Positions 16,839 through 26,934 of a stretch of 33,398 nucleotides of DNA are shown here, piece by piece. The translations under genes were made by a program, and so were the position numbers. The notes below the pieces were generated by a model. The model saw nothing but the letters and a program-made list of their open reading frames with translations, did not search any database and was not told the DNA's origin. Origin of the DNA: Clostridia bacterium (GTDB lineage: Bacteria; Bacillota; DSM-16504; Desulfitibacterales; Desulfitibacteraceae); the NCBI GenBank assembly GCA_018333845.1, contig JAGXSK010000054.1, forward strand, positions 1 through 33,398, written 5' to 3'. Positions within the stretch are counted from its first letter, which is position 1, and each line of letters starts with the position of its first letter.

Positions 16839-18080
16839 ATGGCTTTAAAGATTGTTTATCCAATATGTTGTGGCATTGATGTCCACAAAACCTTTGTTGT
16901 TGCTTGTATTGCTTCTACTAACAAAGGGGTTACCACCTACAAACGCCATCGCTTTTCTACCTATTCCAAGGGCTTAAAAGAGCTGTCACAGTGGCTTTGT
17001 GAGAATAACTGCAAGGATGTCTGCATGGAATCTACTGGGAAATACTGGATTCCCGTGTTTAATATTCTTGAGGACTCCTGCAATATTACCCTGGCACATC
17101 CCAAGTATGTCAAAGCTATCCGTGGTAAGAAGACCGATAAAAAAGATGCTAAATGGATTGCCGATTTATTTAAGCATGACCTTATAGCTGGAAGTTTTAT
17201 GCCTCCTCTTGCTATCAGGCAGCTTCGTGACCTTATGCGCTACCGTTTTAAATTGACTAACTTTATGTCAAGTGAGAAAAACCGCCTACAAAACTCTTTA
17301 ACCGTTTCTAATATTCAGCTTGGTAATGTTGTTTCTGATACTTTTGGTAAAAGCTCTATGAACATTATTGAAAAACTTCTAGATGATCCTACAGATATCT
17401 CTTTTGACATTGAACCTCTTATTCATGGTTCTATGAAGGACAAACTTCCTGAATTAGAACTTGCCATAGATGGTTTTATTACGCATGAACAAGCTGAAAA
17501 AATTAAAGTTATCAAGCAGCACTACGAAGATCTTAAGTCACGTAAGGATGATCTTGAAAGAATTATTCTTATTCTTTCCGCGCCCTACTCTGAAGAAATA
17601 AATTTGATCTTAACTGTTCCGTCCTTCAAAAACATCTTTTCGGCCATTACTGTGGTCTCCGAAATAGGTGTCAATATGGACGTGTTCCCGACAGCTAAGC
17701 ATCTATGCTCCTGGGCAGGGCTTACACCTACGAATAACGAAAGTGCCGGAAAGAAAAAGTCAGTAAGGATTTCAAGGGCTGGCTGTTACATAAAACCACT
17801 TCTGGTACAGTGTGCAACCGCTGTAGTTAAAAGCGAAAAGCACCCTGAAATCCGTAACCGCTACTTGAGAATTAAAACACGTCGTGGTCATAAAAAGGCA
17901 ATTATTGCTATTGCTAGAATGCTTCTTACTGCTATTTACAATATCCTTAAAAAGAAAGAACCGTATAATGCTGAGTTATATAGAAAGTCAGATGTTCTCC
18001 CAGTAAACCGTGAAATCACGGTAGAACAAGCGATTCTATTGGCTAAAACTCAAGGTTACCGTATTAAAACTGTGGTTTGA
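16839..18080 (+). CDS. IS110-family transposase (DEDD RuvC-like plus Tnp20 domain)
   Basis: Motifs CGIDVHK, MESTGKYW, KKTDKKDA, and SWAGLTPTNNESAGK with the catalytic Ser. Confidence 0.95.
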   Translation: MALKIVYPICCGIDVHKTFVVACIASTNKGVTTYKRHRFSTYSKGLKELSQWLCENNCKDVCMESTGKYWIPVFNILEDSCNITLAHPKYVKAIRGKKTDKKDAKWIADLFKHDLIAGSFMPPLAIRQLRDLMRYRFKLTNFMSSEKNRLQNSLTVSNIQLGNVVSDTFGKSSMNIIEKLLDDPTDISFDIEPLIHGSMKDKLPELELAIDGFITHEQAEKIKVIKQHYEDLKSRKDDLERIILILSAPYSEEINLILTVPSFKNIFSAITVVSEIGVNMDVFPTAKHLCSWAGLTPTNNESAGKKKSVRISRAGCYIKPLLVQCATAVVKSEKHPEIRNRYLRIKTRRGHKKAIIAIARMLLTAIYNILKKKEPYNAELYRKSDVLPVNREITVEQAILLAKTQGYRIKTVV

Positions 18081-18196
18081 TTACTTGCTAAGCCAATATC
18101 TTTTTAAAAAGTCATCGACTGATGGCTTGTTTGCTATGTTCTTTTACCTTACAGGTAAGCATTTTACTTCATTTCAGACTTTCCACCCCTAACCAA

Positions 18197-18205
18197 ATTA
18201 TATCA
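18197..18205 (-). promoter_or_regulatory. Extended -10 promoter element followed by an SD-like AGGGGTGG
   Basis: Minus strand TGATATAAT (TGnTATAAT), pointing toward the IS110 and the TA pair beyond it. Confidence 0.45.
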
Positions 18206-18518
18206 TATCCAGTGACCTGGAGATTATAACCATATTATACCATTTAATCCCCGCCATTACAAAACGTTGTGAAGAAAAGTTCCTGTCTACTATCTACCTA
18301 TATTTTAGCACGTTTCCTTTAAAATTTTTACATCTTAGTTAATTCGAATGGATTTCATAGCCTATCTTTTCTTTATTTTGATAAATCTTCAGCCCAGTTA
18401 GCTTAATGTGTAACAAGAAATTTTTGTAAGTCCTTATGAGAAATTACTTCTACCTGTCTCCCGCTTTTACTATAAATCTGTCTGTTGCATATGTAACTTG
18501 AGAAAGCTACTTGAGCAT

Positions 18519-18866
18519 TTACTGTATCCATAGCCGCTGCCCCTTAGATACTATTTCTATAATAAAGGGAACTCCCTTTTCCAAAAACAATTCAAATTCT
18601 TCAACATCATAAATTTTTAAAGAAAGGTCAATTCCATACTCTAGATTAACATCTAAAATATAGTCATATATTAATGATCTGTTGATTATGCTCCTGTCTT
18701 TTACAACAACTAAAATATCATAATCTGAATCCAGCCTGGCATCCCCTCTAGCTCTTGAACCAAAAAGTTGTACTAAATAAATCTCACCTGGGTAGGTTTT
18801 ATTCAAATGCTTAACTAGCCCTTTAAGGACTTGATTTTCTAACTTACTATGTACCATATTAACCAC
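18519..18866 (-). CDS. Minimal nucleotidyltransferase (MNT) domain protein, no intact HEPN partner
   Basis: LFGSRARGDARLDSDYDILVV motif. Confidence 0.85.
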   Translation of the reverse strand: MVNMVHSKLENQVLKGLVKHLNKTYPGEIYLVQLFGSRARGDARLDSDYDILVVVKDRSIINRSLIYDYILDVNLEYGIDLSLKIYDVEEFELFLEKGVPFIIEIVSKGQRLWIQ

Positions 18867-19015
18867 CCCAGTATATCATCATCTCTTATTAATTCTATTA
18901 TATAGTATATAAAAACAAAGTACAATTTCTACAACAATCCACTCATCATCTTATCAACTTCCGGGAATTACAACTACTCGTAGAGGATTTTTACATAAAT
19001 ACAGTTGATACTCCC

Positions 19016-19444
19016 TTAGATCATTTCATCACTAGCCCTTTTAATGACTTCTGTTAGAACTTCTTGATAGTTTGATGGTAAATTGTCAAAGTATCTCAAC
19101 TGAATACCTTCTATAACACCATGACTATCCTTTTTGAATATTTCAAAAAATTCTCTGTTAGTAAAATAAATATACTTTTCATCAGCTTTAACCTTCTCCA
19201 TAATATAACATTTAGCATACAAACCATTCAGTTTACCAACAGGAATGTTTCCACCTTTGGTTATTCCGCTATGATGACATACATGCACAATTATTTTATT
19301 ATCCGATGAAACTCCAGTAAATCTTTTTTCTACTGCACCTGGCCCTATCTGTACTCTTTTGGGTTTAAATTTTGTTTTGAAATCTTTTCCTAGCCCTTCC
19401 AAGATATAGAATGTTATCTCGTTTAATTTAGATGTATCTGCCAT
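19016..19444 (-). CDS. Hypothetical protein, possible divergent PD-(D/E)xK-fold
   Basis: Strong AGGAGG RBS. Segment FTGVSSDNKIIVHVCHHSGITKGGNIPVGK. The fold call is inference. Confidence 0.5.
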   Translation of the reverse strand: MADTSKLNEITFYILEGLGKDFKTKFKPKRVQIGPGAVEKRFTGVSSDNKIIVHVCHHSGITKGGNIPVGKLNGLYAKCYIMEKVKADEKYIYFTNREFFEIFKKDSHGVIEGIQLRYFDNLPSNYQEVLTEVIKRASDEMI

Positions 19445-20279
19445 GATTTTAACCCTCCTAAAAATTGTTACCTGTTCTCAATCTACTATAACTAATTTGT
19501 AGCTCTCCTTTATCTGTTTAAAACTGTATTTAACTCCTTCCAAGCAGAATGTTTATTTGGTATATTGTAGTAAATAACTTATCCATTTGAAGGTTCAAGT
19601 TATGATCTATGATAGACTAAAAGATCAATTAGTAAGAGTCGACGATAATTACTATGGATATATTTTTTTGTTTGTGTATGGTTTTAAGAGCAGGTATAAT
19701 TAGATCATTTTCAGGTAATTGCCTAACTGTTCAACCATATCATTCCCTTTATAATGTTTGTAGCAATTACTAGTTTCCTCAGATCCCTTTAACATGTAAA
19801 TTTTTGGATGTACCTTCTTCAATGGGTCAAAAAAACTAACCGTACCTTTCTTAATCCGTTCTTGGTTAGATAAGTGTGAAGATAAAGGATCCTGTTTTGA
19901 ATAACCCTCGTATTGTTCAAAATTCTGGGATAAGACTTACCCTCATGTGCTTTTTTAAAGTTTCTTTCATCTAGTATATACCTCAAGTCAAACTGCAATG
20001 CATAATATACCAATAAAAAGAACTGGTATCATGTATAATAACTCATTTTTTGGTTATATTAATAATACTTTTTATCTTGGAGGAAAACTTATGTATTTTA
20101 TGAAAGAGGTATTCTACATTAAATCAAAAAAATTAAATGTAGAGATCGTAGGCATATTTAAGCCTACACATACCCAAATAAAATACAAAAATAATATTAT
20201 ATTAAAAAGGCTGCTATTAAAAGTAGTCTTTTTAATTTTTGGCATGGAAAGAAAGCTTGGAGACAACTGCTTTAATTTA

Positions 20280-20761
20280 TTATGAGTTATCTGTAAATAT
20301 TAGATTTTTTATTATTAAACCCCAATTCGAAAAAGTATTTATTGTATCAATATCAGTTTTAAGCTGAGTTAACTTATTCATAACATTTCTATAAATATCG
20401 TTTGCTTCTTCCTCATCATTTGCCTTCAAGATGCTAAATAACTCAATAAATAACTCATATAGTTCTTCTTTGACAACATTGCCTTCTTTCAGCAGAACAC
20501 AATTTCAGAAAGGTTTGCTGTGTTTTTCTGAATACTCATTAAAGCTTCCAAAACTTTTTGCTTATATTCTTCTTCTCTTTGATTTCTTTGTCTAACAGCT
20601 TCTTCTACTTGTTTATAATTGTGTTGGAAACTTACATTTGGAATAATCTTTTGCTGATTTAAGCCAGATTCTAGTTGTTTTTGGATGCTAAAATCCATTG
20701 TGGATAATCCTAATTTTTTAAACATCTCATACAACTCTTCCTCACCCCTTTCACCTTCCAT
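20280..20761 (-). pseudogene. Frameshifted hypothetical helical protein
   Basis: The ORF ending TANLSEIV continues in another frame as LLKEGNVVKEELYELFIELFSILKANDEEEANDIYRNVMNKL... to TAA at 20280. Confidence 0.55.
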
Positions 20762-20762
20762 T

Positions 20763-20789
20763 ATTCAGCAAAATATGATTATTTCCTTC
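20763..20789 (-). promoter_or_regulatory. Sigma-H-like promoter
   Basis: Minus strand GAAGGA-N17-GAAT. Confidence 0.45.
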
Positions 20790-21176
20790 ACGAAAATTGC
20801 GACAGTATCCGACAAACTAAAGGTTTTTGATCAAAAGGTAAATAGCTAATAAAGAGGTAGGGGAGGGTAAAAATCCTTGGGAGTTTTCTTTTCCAGACCG
20901 AGGGGGCTCCTAAGCGTGAACCTTATTCCAAAATCAAAAATTTTTTAGAGTAGGTGAAGAACTATGCACCTGGGAGATCACCAAAACCGGTTGAACTTAT
21001 AGTTTTGGAAGGCAAAGGCCATAGAACTAAAGCCGAAGAGAACTAATTACTGGTCCTAGTGATATAATGGCATACTTTCAAACATATAAAGGATTGTTGT
21101 AAACGTCAATAGGAAATGTACCAAAAACGTGCTTATTGAGTATACCACCAAGAAATTCCAATCTGGTATTTTTGGG

Positions 21177-21434
21177 TTACATAATATTTCTGTCAAGTAT
21201 GGTTTTTCTGTGTTCAATTCTCCAGCTAGGACCTCTCATAGAGAAGATCTCACACTGATGAGCTAGCCTATCCAAAATTGCAGCTGTAATGGTGCTGTCT
21301 CCTAGAAAATCGCTCCACTCTTCAAATCCCTTATTACTGGTTATTATTATAGACGTCTGAAGGTATAAGGAGTTAACAAGCTCATATAGGTGATTTGCCT
21401 CTTGTCTTGATATAGGCAAAAACCCAACTTCATC
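21177..21434 (-). pseudogene. istB: istB 3' part (after the RIT insertion)
   Basis: [14 protein letters not shown]...[12 protein letters not shown]...AAILDRLAH. Confidence 0.9.
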
Positions 21435-21518
21435 TTATGGAAAGTATATTATTATGCAAAGTTGAGAGGGAAACACCCCATAAATACAGGAAAGGTTTGC
21501 CCTGAACTTTGCATAATA
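21429..21518 (+). repeat. RIT left terminal inverted repeat (90 bp)
   Basis: Exact reverse complement of 24783-24872. Contains an internal inverted pair TATTATGCAAAGTT / AACTTTGCATAATA. Confidence 0.95.
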
Positions 21519-21552
21519 ATTTGTGATATAGTTGAGAAAAAGGAGGTTGCTT

Positions 21553-22782
21553 ATGGCAAACCAAACAACTATATCATTGAAAGAACTTATTCAGAGAGTT
21601 GAATCCCATCTTCACGCTTCCGACTATTCAGAGGGTACCATTAAAAGATACCATTATAGCTGGAAAGTAATCTTGAAAAGATGCCTTTCACAAGGTATCG
21701 ATCAATTCTCGTATGAGTCGTGTCTAGCGGTAGTAATGCAAGAATATCGCATCCCGAATAGTGGAAAATTAAGTTACAAGCAGGTATTTCGCCTTCGGAC
21801 TGTCAAAATGCTTAATGAATTTGCTAAAAATGGTCGGATTTTAAAATGTCATCAAAAGCCCAGAGAACAGGTCAATTCAAATTTTTCTAATTGTATGAAA
21901 CTATTCATTAACGCTTCCCAGACCTCCGGATTGGCGGAGAGGACAGTGGAGTCCAAAACAATGAAAGTAATACGGTTTCTCAACTATATCAGCAGCTGCG
22001 GCATTGAGAATATTGAACATCTTTCGACTGATAGTATTCTTTCATATGTAAAGAGTTTAAAAGATAAAGGGTATGCCGGGTCGACAAGAAGCGGAATTCT
22101 CTTCACATTGCGAAGCTTCCTTTCATTTTTACATGATAAACAATATATTTCTGAACCTCTTCAGGAGCTATTTCCTGTCATTTTCTCTAATAAATCAGAA
22201 AGGCTACCTTCCTACTATTCTGAGGACGAATTGAGGAAAATCCTTTTACATATCGATCGTGACGATATAATTGGGAAAAGGGATTATTTAATACTTCTGT
22301 TTGCTATCCAACTAGGAATACGTGCTGGGGATATACGGATGCTTAGATTAGAGTATATACACTGGGAAAAGAATACGATTGAATTTATCCAGCAGAAAAC
22401 AAGGAATCCAATACAACTGCCACTACCAGAAAATGTTAAATTTGCATTGATAGACTATATTAAAAATGGGCGTCCCAAAAGCAAACTGCCTTACATTTTT
22501 CTCAGACATCGGGCACCTTACGAGTCCTACGCAACAACAAATGTGTTCCATTACGTTATCACAAGGTACATGACTAAAGCAGGGATATCATTTACTGGCC
22601 GGAAACATGGACTGCATTCTGCGCGACACAGTTTAGCTAGTAATCTTTTAAAAAACAATACCCCCTACCCTGTAATAACTGGAATACTTGGTCATGAAAA
22701 TACAAGCACAACCCGCTTGTATCTTGCTATTGACATAGAGCAGCTCCGTTCTGTAGCATTGGAGGTGCCATATGAAGAATAA
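21553..22782 (+). CDS. Tyrosine recombinase RitA
   Basis: Motifs GIRAGDI, HSARHS, LGH and TRLY. ATG 21553 follows AGGAGG. Confidence 0.9.
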   Translation: MANQTTISLKELIQRVESHLHASDYSEGTIKRYHYSWKVILKRCLSQGIDQFSYESCLAVVMQEYRIPNSGKLSYKQVFRLRTVKMLNEFAKNGRILKCHQKPREQVNSNFSNCMKLFINASQTSGLAERTVESKTMKVIRFLNYISSCGIENIEHLSTDSILSYVKSLKDKGYAGSTRSGILFTLRSFLSFLHDKQYISEPLQELFPVIFSNKSERLPSYYSEDELRKILLHIDRDDIIGKRDYLILLFAIQLGIRAGDIRMLRLEYIHWEKNTIEFIQQKTRNPIQLPLPENVKFALIDYIKNGRPKSKLPYIFLRHRAPYESYATTNVFHYVITRYMTKAGISFTGRKHGLHSARHSLASNLLKNNTPYPVITGILGHENTSTTRLYLAIDIEQLRSVALEVPYEE

Positions 22783-23769
22783 AGAAATTTCTTATGTATT
22801 CAGAGGTCCATTCAAGGAATACATCCCAAAATATATTGACTATAAACGTAGCCTTGGATTTAAAATCGGTTCATCTGCTTACTACGCCTTAAGGGGAATG
22901 GATGACTTCTTTGTAAAATACGGCCTTTCATTTGATTCATTAATCCCTACAAAAGAGATGGTTGAAGCTTATGTTGCACTCCGTGGATCGGAATCAGTCA
23001 AAACACAACACATGAGAATGAGCATAATTCGCCAGTTCGCCCTTTTTATGAATAGGATCGGCTTTAGCTTTTATGTTTATCCTGAGTCAGACTTTGTACA
23101 AGTGAAATCAGATTTCATCCCATTTATTTTTACACACAGCGAAATAGATAGGCTAATCAAACTACTTGATGAAATACCGGTCAGCCCAAGATATCCGACA
23201 TATCACCTTATATACCCCATGCTGTTCCGGATGCTTTTGGGATGTGGGCTCAGAATAAATGAGGCATTGGGTTTAAAAATGACAGATATTGATATGGAGC
23301 ATGGGATTATTATTCTGGATGCCACAAAAAACAACACACAGCGATTGCTTCCCATGTCGAAGTCACTTCACAAATACTGCAAATTATATATACAGCGTAT
23401 GGGCTTTCCACCATCATATGATGGTTATTACTACCCGACCAGGAGTGGTGGTGAGTATACTAGCACTCCTATATACTGTCAATTCAGGAAGTTCATGCGA
23501 AAAGCAGGAATCTTCAGGGCAGACGGCTCCCCCCCCGTGTTCATGATGTCCGGCACACATTTTCGGTTTATTCATTGGAAAAGATGGTGGCAGAAGGAAA
23601 GGATATATACTGTGCCTTACCAGTTTTAAGCACTTACCTGGGGCATAGAGGTATTGAAAGCACTGAAAAATATCTTCGTATGACGGCAGAAACTTATGAT
23701 TCAGTTACTGGTACCATGGAGAATTTCTACCAGGATGTTTTCCCAGGGGTGATTAGAAATGAAGACTAA
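22772..23769 (+). pseudogene. Tyrosine recombinase RitB, frameshifted in a C8 run
   Basis: GLRINE motif. Adding one C at 23529-23536 restores PRVHDVRHTF...LSTYLGH...TEKYL. Confidence 0.88.
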
Positions 23770-24775
23770 TCACTTTCAGCAACTGCTTTCATCCTATTTT
23801 TTAAAATATATACCAGAGCGTACAAGCTACAGCAGTAATACAATAAAATCGTACAGGGACACTTTTATCCTTTTGTTTCAGTATCAGGAGTATCTCCATA
23901 AATCTTTGGCAAAAATGAGCTTCGAGACGATGAACTGCAAATATATTGAGGGTTTTCTCGTTTGGTTGGAATGTGAAAAACATTATTCCATAGCAAGTAT
24001 AAATCAGCGTCTTGCTGCAGTTCATGCATTTTATAAATATGTCCAGAAGGAAAATCCCGAGTATATAGAGCTTTGTACATCAGTCTTAGGAATCAAATCC
24101 AAAAAAGTACCTATTGTACCCATGAACTACTTTTCAGCCGATGCTTTAAAACTGCTGCTAAGCCTACCTGACAGTTCAAATGCAGAAGGTCGGAGGGAAT
24201 TGGCTATACTGACTCTTCTTTATGATAGCGGGGCAAGGGTACAGGAAATTGCAGACCTTACTTTTGGCGATATTCGTATAATCAAGCCAGCCACTGTCCG
24301 GCTAACTGGGAAAGGTAATAAAAGTCGGATTATTCCTATAATGCCGCAGACCTTAGCTATCATAAATGTTTACATGGATGATTGCAAAAGAAAAACAGCA
24401 GCAGTCCGTAATACCCATCCATTGTTTTTTAACAAAAAGGGCGAGAAACTTACACGGGCGGGTATTGCCTATATCTTGGCAAAATATGTTAATCGTGCAC
24501 GGAATATCCGTCAAGATTTATTCCCCGATAAAGTTTCACCTCATACCATGCGGCACAGTAAGAGTATGCACCTACTGGAAGGTGGTGTAAACCTAATTTA
24601 TATTCGGGATTTTCTTGGACATTCCTCTGTTGTTACTACAGAACGCTACGCAAGGTCGAACCCTGAAGTTAAACGTAAAGCCATAGAAACAGCTAGTCCA
24701 AATGTGCTTCCTCCTGAAAATTATTCAGACAGTCAGAAAGAAGAACTGATAGAATGGCTTAAGTCATTCATTTAA
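23759..24775 (+). CDS. Tyrosine recombinase RitC
   Basis: Motifs SGARVQE, GKGNKSR, PHTMRHS, LGH and TERY. Confidence 0.92.
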   Translation: MKTNHFQQLLSSYFLKYIPERTSYSSNTIKSYRDTFILLFQYQEYLHKSLAKMSFETMNCKYIEGFLVWLECEKHYSIASINQRLAAVHAFYKYVQKENPEYIELCTSVLGIKSKKVPIVPMNYFSADALKLLLSLPDSSNAEGRRELAILTLLYDSGARVQEIADLTFGDIRIIKPATVRLTGKGNKSRIIPIMPQTLAIINVYMDDCKRKTAAVRNTHPLFFNKKGEKLTRAGIAYILAKYVNRARNIRQDLFPDKVSPHTMRHSKSMHLLEGGVNLIYIRDFLGHSSVVTTERYARSNPEVKRKAIETASPNVLPPENYSDSQKEELIEWLKSFI

Positions 24776-24782
24776 CTTAAAA

Positions 24783-24872
24783 TATTATGCAAAGTTCAGG
24801 GCAAACCTTTCCTGTATTTATGGGGTGTTTCCCTCTCAACTTTGCATAATAATATACTTTCCATAAGATGAA
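24783..24872 (-). repeat. RIT right terminal inverted repeat (90 bp)
   Basis: Exact reverse complement of 21429-21518. Confidence 0.95.
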
Positions 24873-24892
24873 TTATGTGAAGCTTTGCATAA

Positions 24893-25402
24893 TTCATCGA
24901 GCACTAGTAGATCACAGCTCCTTATTTGTTTAAGCCTACGGCTTGATTTTGTACTTATTTCAGCAGTCTTAATAATTTTCATAAGCTCATCAATAGTTAC
25001 AAAATATACCCTGTAGCCTGCATCGATTGCCTTTAACCCAAGGGCTATTGATAGAAAGGTTTTACCTAGCCCTGGAGGGCCTAGAAACATGATGTTATAT
25101 GCCTGCTGGAGCCATGAAAGCTCCAGCAGCTGGTTCATATGGTTTCTTGTTATTCCTAGTTCTTTATTGCTAAAATCAAATTCTTCTATTCTAGCCTCAT
25201 AAGGGAAATTTGCAGCTTTAATCCTTTTTTCTATATTGCTTTTATTTCTAAATTCTAGTTCACATTTTAAAAGTATTTCTAGTACATCAAGGGGTGTCAT
25301 GTTATTAACAGCAGCATCGGCGGCTAGTACATCTATCTTATTTGCTGCCTCTTTAAGAGAAAGCTCTTTTAATAGTCTAGTTACATTTGCTAATTCAGCC
25401 AT
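24893..25402 (-). pseudogene. istB: istB 5' part, interrupted at Walker B
   Basis: Walker A GPPGLGKT. Reads DLLVLDE, then RIT-derived sequence. Confidence 0.92.
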
Positions 25403-26934
25403 TTGTCTTTACCTCCCAATAGTTTTTTTGTATACTCATCAATGTCTCTTTTTTGAGCAGTATATTGTATTACTGGCTTAACTATTGTGGGTGGCAAAGG
25501 TATGACTTCTTCTGGTTTATTACTTTCAAAATAACTGGCAGCATCTCTAAAATCCACTGCACTTATTAGCTCATTTACTAAGCAGTAGTCTAGTGCCTTT
25601 GAAGCAGCCTCCTGACTGTACTCATTAAGTGTCTTTTCTATTATTTTATACTGATCTCTTATGTATCTGGATTTATGCCTCCTAATCTCTTCAAGAAAAT
25701 ATCTGCCTTTATCGTAATCCTTAAAGCATTTTGCTAGTTGGTCTAAGAGTTCTGATATTTTTGTCTCATTATTTCTAAGGTGATGGTTGTTTCTGATGAG
25801 CTTTCCTTTTTCTTTACATAGCTCATGGGATGCTATGAGCACGTCTCCAAATAGGTCATATATGTGGAGTTCATTTTCTTTAATCTCAATGGATACTTCT
25901 TTATTTTTGTTAAATGTCCCAAGGGGTACTGTATATCTGTTGCCTTCATAAAGGACAGTGTTGTCTTTACGTATAGCTCGGGTTATAATTTGATTAAGGG
26001 AAAATTTTGTCTTAGGTACCGGAGTGAGGTATTTTCTTTCTATTTCAAATACTTCTGCCGGTATCTTTTTTGTTATTGAATGTACCTTTTTATTTCCTGT
26101 TCTATCTAGCCAGGCTTCAAATTCTTCTTCCCAGGTTCTTATATCTATAAATTGACGGTATTTTGTAAAGTTACCTTTAAAAAACTTAACAACTGCTTCT
26201 ACTCGTCCTTTGCTTTCAGGATCTCCTTTCCTGCAAAGGTAGATCTTTAGTTTTTCTTCCTGCCTAAACTTTTCAAATTCCTTTGTATATATTATATCTC
26301 CATAGTTCTCATCAACTGCTATTAGCCTATCCTGGTCAAATACCAGCTCTTTTGGTTTACCGCCCATCCATTCGAAGCAGTAATATATGGCTTGCACCAT
26401 GTCTTGTGCTTTAGGGGGTCTATCGAACCAGACACCATATTTATGCCTACTGTTTGATAATACAAAGCCTATGCAGTACAATTTCTTATATTTTCTGTTG
26501 TATACATCAAATACACTTGTTATGCCTATATCAACCTGCATCTGGTATCCCATGGGAGGGTCTTCTACTGATTGGTAATCTCTTAATTTATCTTCTTTTT
26601 CTTTTATGTCATATTCAATTCTTAACTTTTTTACATACTTACGGATACTTCCTTCTGTTAGGGTTATCTGATATCTCTCCTGCAGCCAGTCATATATTTG
26701 TGCTGCTGTTACTCCTGGATAATCTCTAAGCCACGTTAGTATTTGTTCTTTGTGTTGCTCTAAGCTTGATTTCTTTGATGGTGTTAGGATTAATTCGTCA
26801 TACTCATCTGGAATCATGTCCCAATACTTTCTGACTGTATTTCGGTTAATCCTAGTTATTTTTGCGACCTGCCGTTGGGTAAACCCCTCACTTCTCATGC
26901 TTTGAATTTTGCAGTACATTATCCACCTCTCCAT
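25390..26934 (-). CDS. istA: IS21-family transposase IstA
   Basis: N-terminal HTH, QMQVD, LVFDQD, ESKGRVE, GNRYTVP. Start moved to ATG 26934 after a GGGGG RBS. Confidence 0.92.
   Translation of the reverse strand: MERWIMYCKIQSMRSEGFTQRQVAKITRINRNTVRKYWDMIPDEYDELILTPSKKSSLEQHKEQILTWLRDYPGVTAAQIYDWLQERYQITLTEGSIRKYVKKLRIEYDIKEKEDKLRDYQSVEDPPMGYQMQVDIGITSVFDVYNRKYKKLYCIGFVLSNSRHKYGVWFDRPPKAQDMVQAIYYCFEWMGGKPKELVFDQDRLIAVDENYGDIIYTKEFEKFRQEEKLKIYLCRKGDPESKGRVEAVVKFFKGNFTKYRQFIDIRTWEEEFEAWLDRTGNKKVHSITKKIPAEVFEIERKYLTPVPKTKFSLNQIITRAIRKDNTVLYEGNRYTVPLGTFNKNKEVSIEIKENELHIYDLFGDVLIASHELCKEKGKLIRNNHHLRNNETKISELLDQLAKCFKDYDKGRYFLEEIRRHKSRYIRDQYKIIEKTLNEYSQEAASKALDYCLVNELISAVDFRDAASYFESNKPEEVIPLPPTIVKPVIQYTAQKRDIDEYTKKLLGGKDKWLN

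Larger units (their letters stand above)
16621..18180 (+). mobile_element. IS110-family insertion sequence
   Basis: Intact transposase, 218-bp non-coding left end, no terminal inverted repeats. Boundaries are inferred from a repeated ACT core at 16618-16620 and 18178-18180. Confidence 0.75.
21429..24898 (+). mobile_element. RIT (recombinase-in-trio) element
   Basis: Three overlapping tyrosine recombinase genes, perfect 90-bp terminal inverted repeats, a right-end palindrome, and TTCATC at both junctions. Confidence 0.9.

Noticed and set aside
18400-18531. Possible HEPN toxin starting at the ATG overlapping the MNT end
   Set aside because: Only 42 codons, with no HEPN features such as RX4-6H.
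19450-20285. ORFs 19819-20013 and 19998-20285 and nearby broken frames
   Set aside because: AT-rich, no convincing RBS or motif. Probably decayed DNA.
8400-20800. Integron-like cassette array suggested by many co-oriented short genes
   Set aside because: No recurring attC-like repeat between genes and no integron integrase. The tyrosine recombinases belong to the RIT element.
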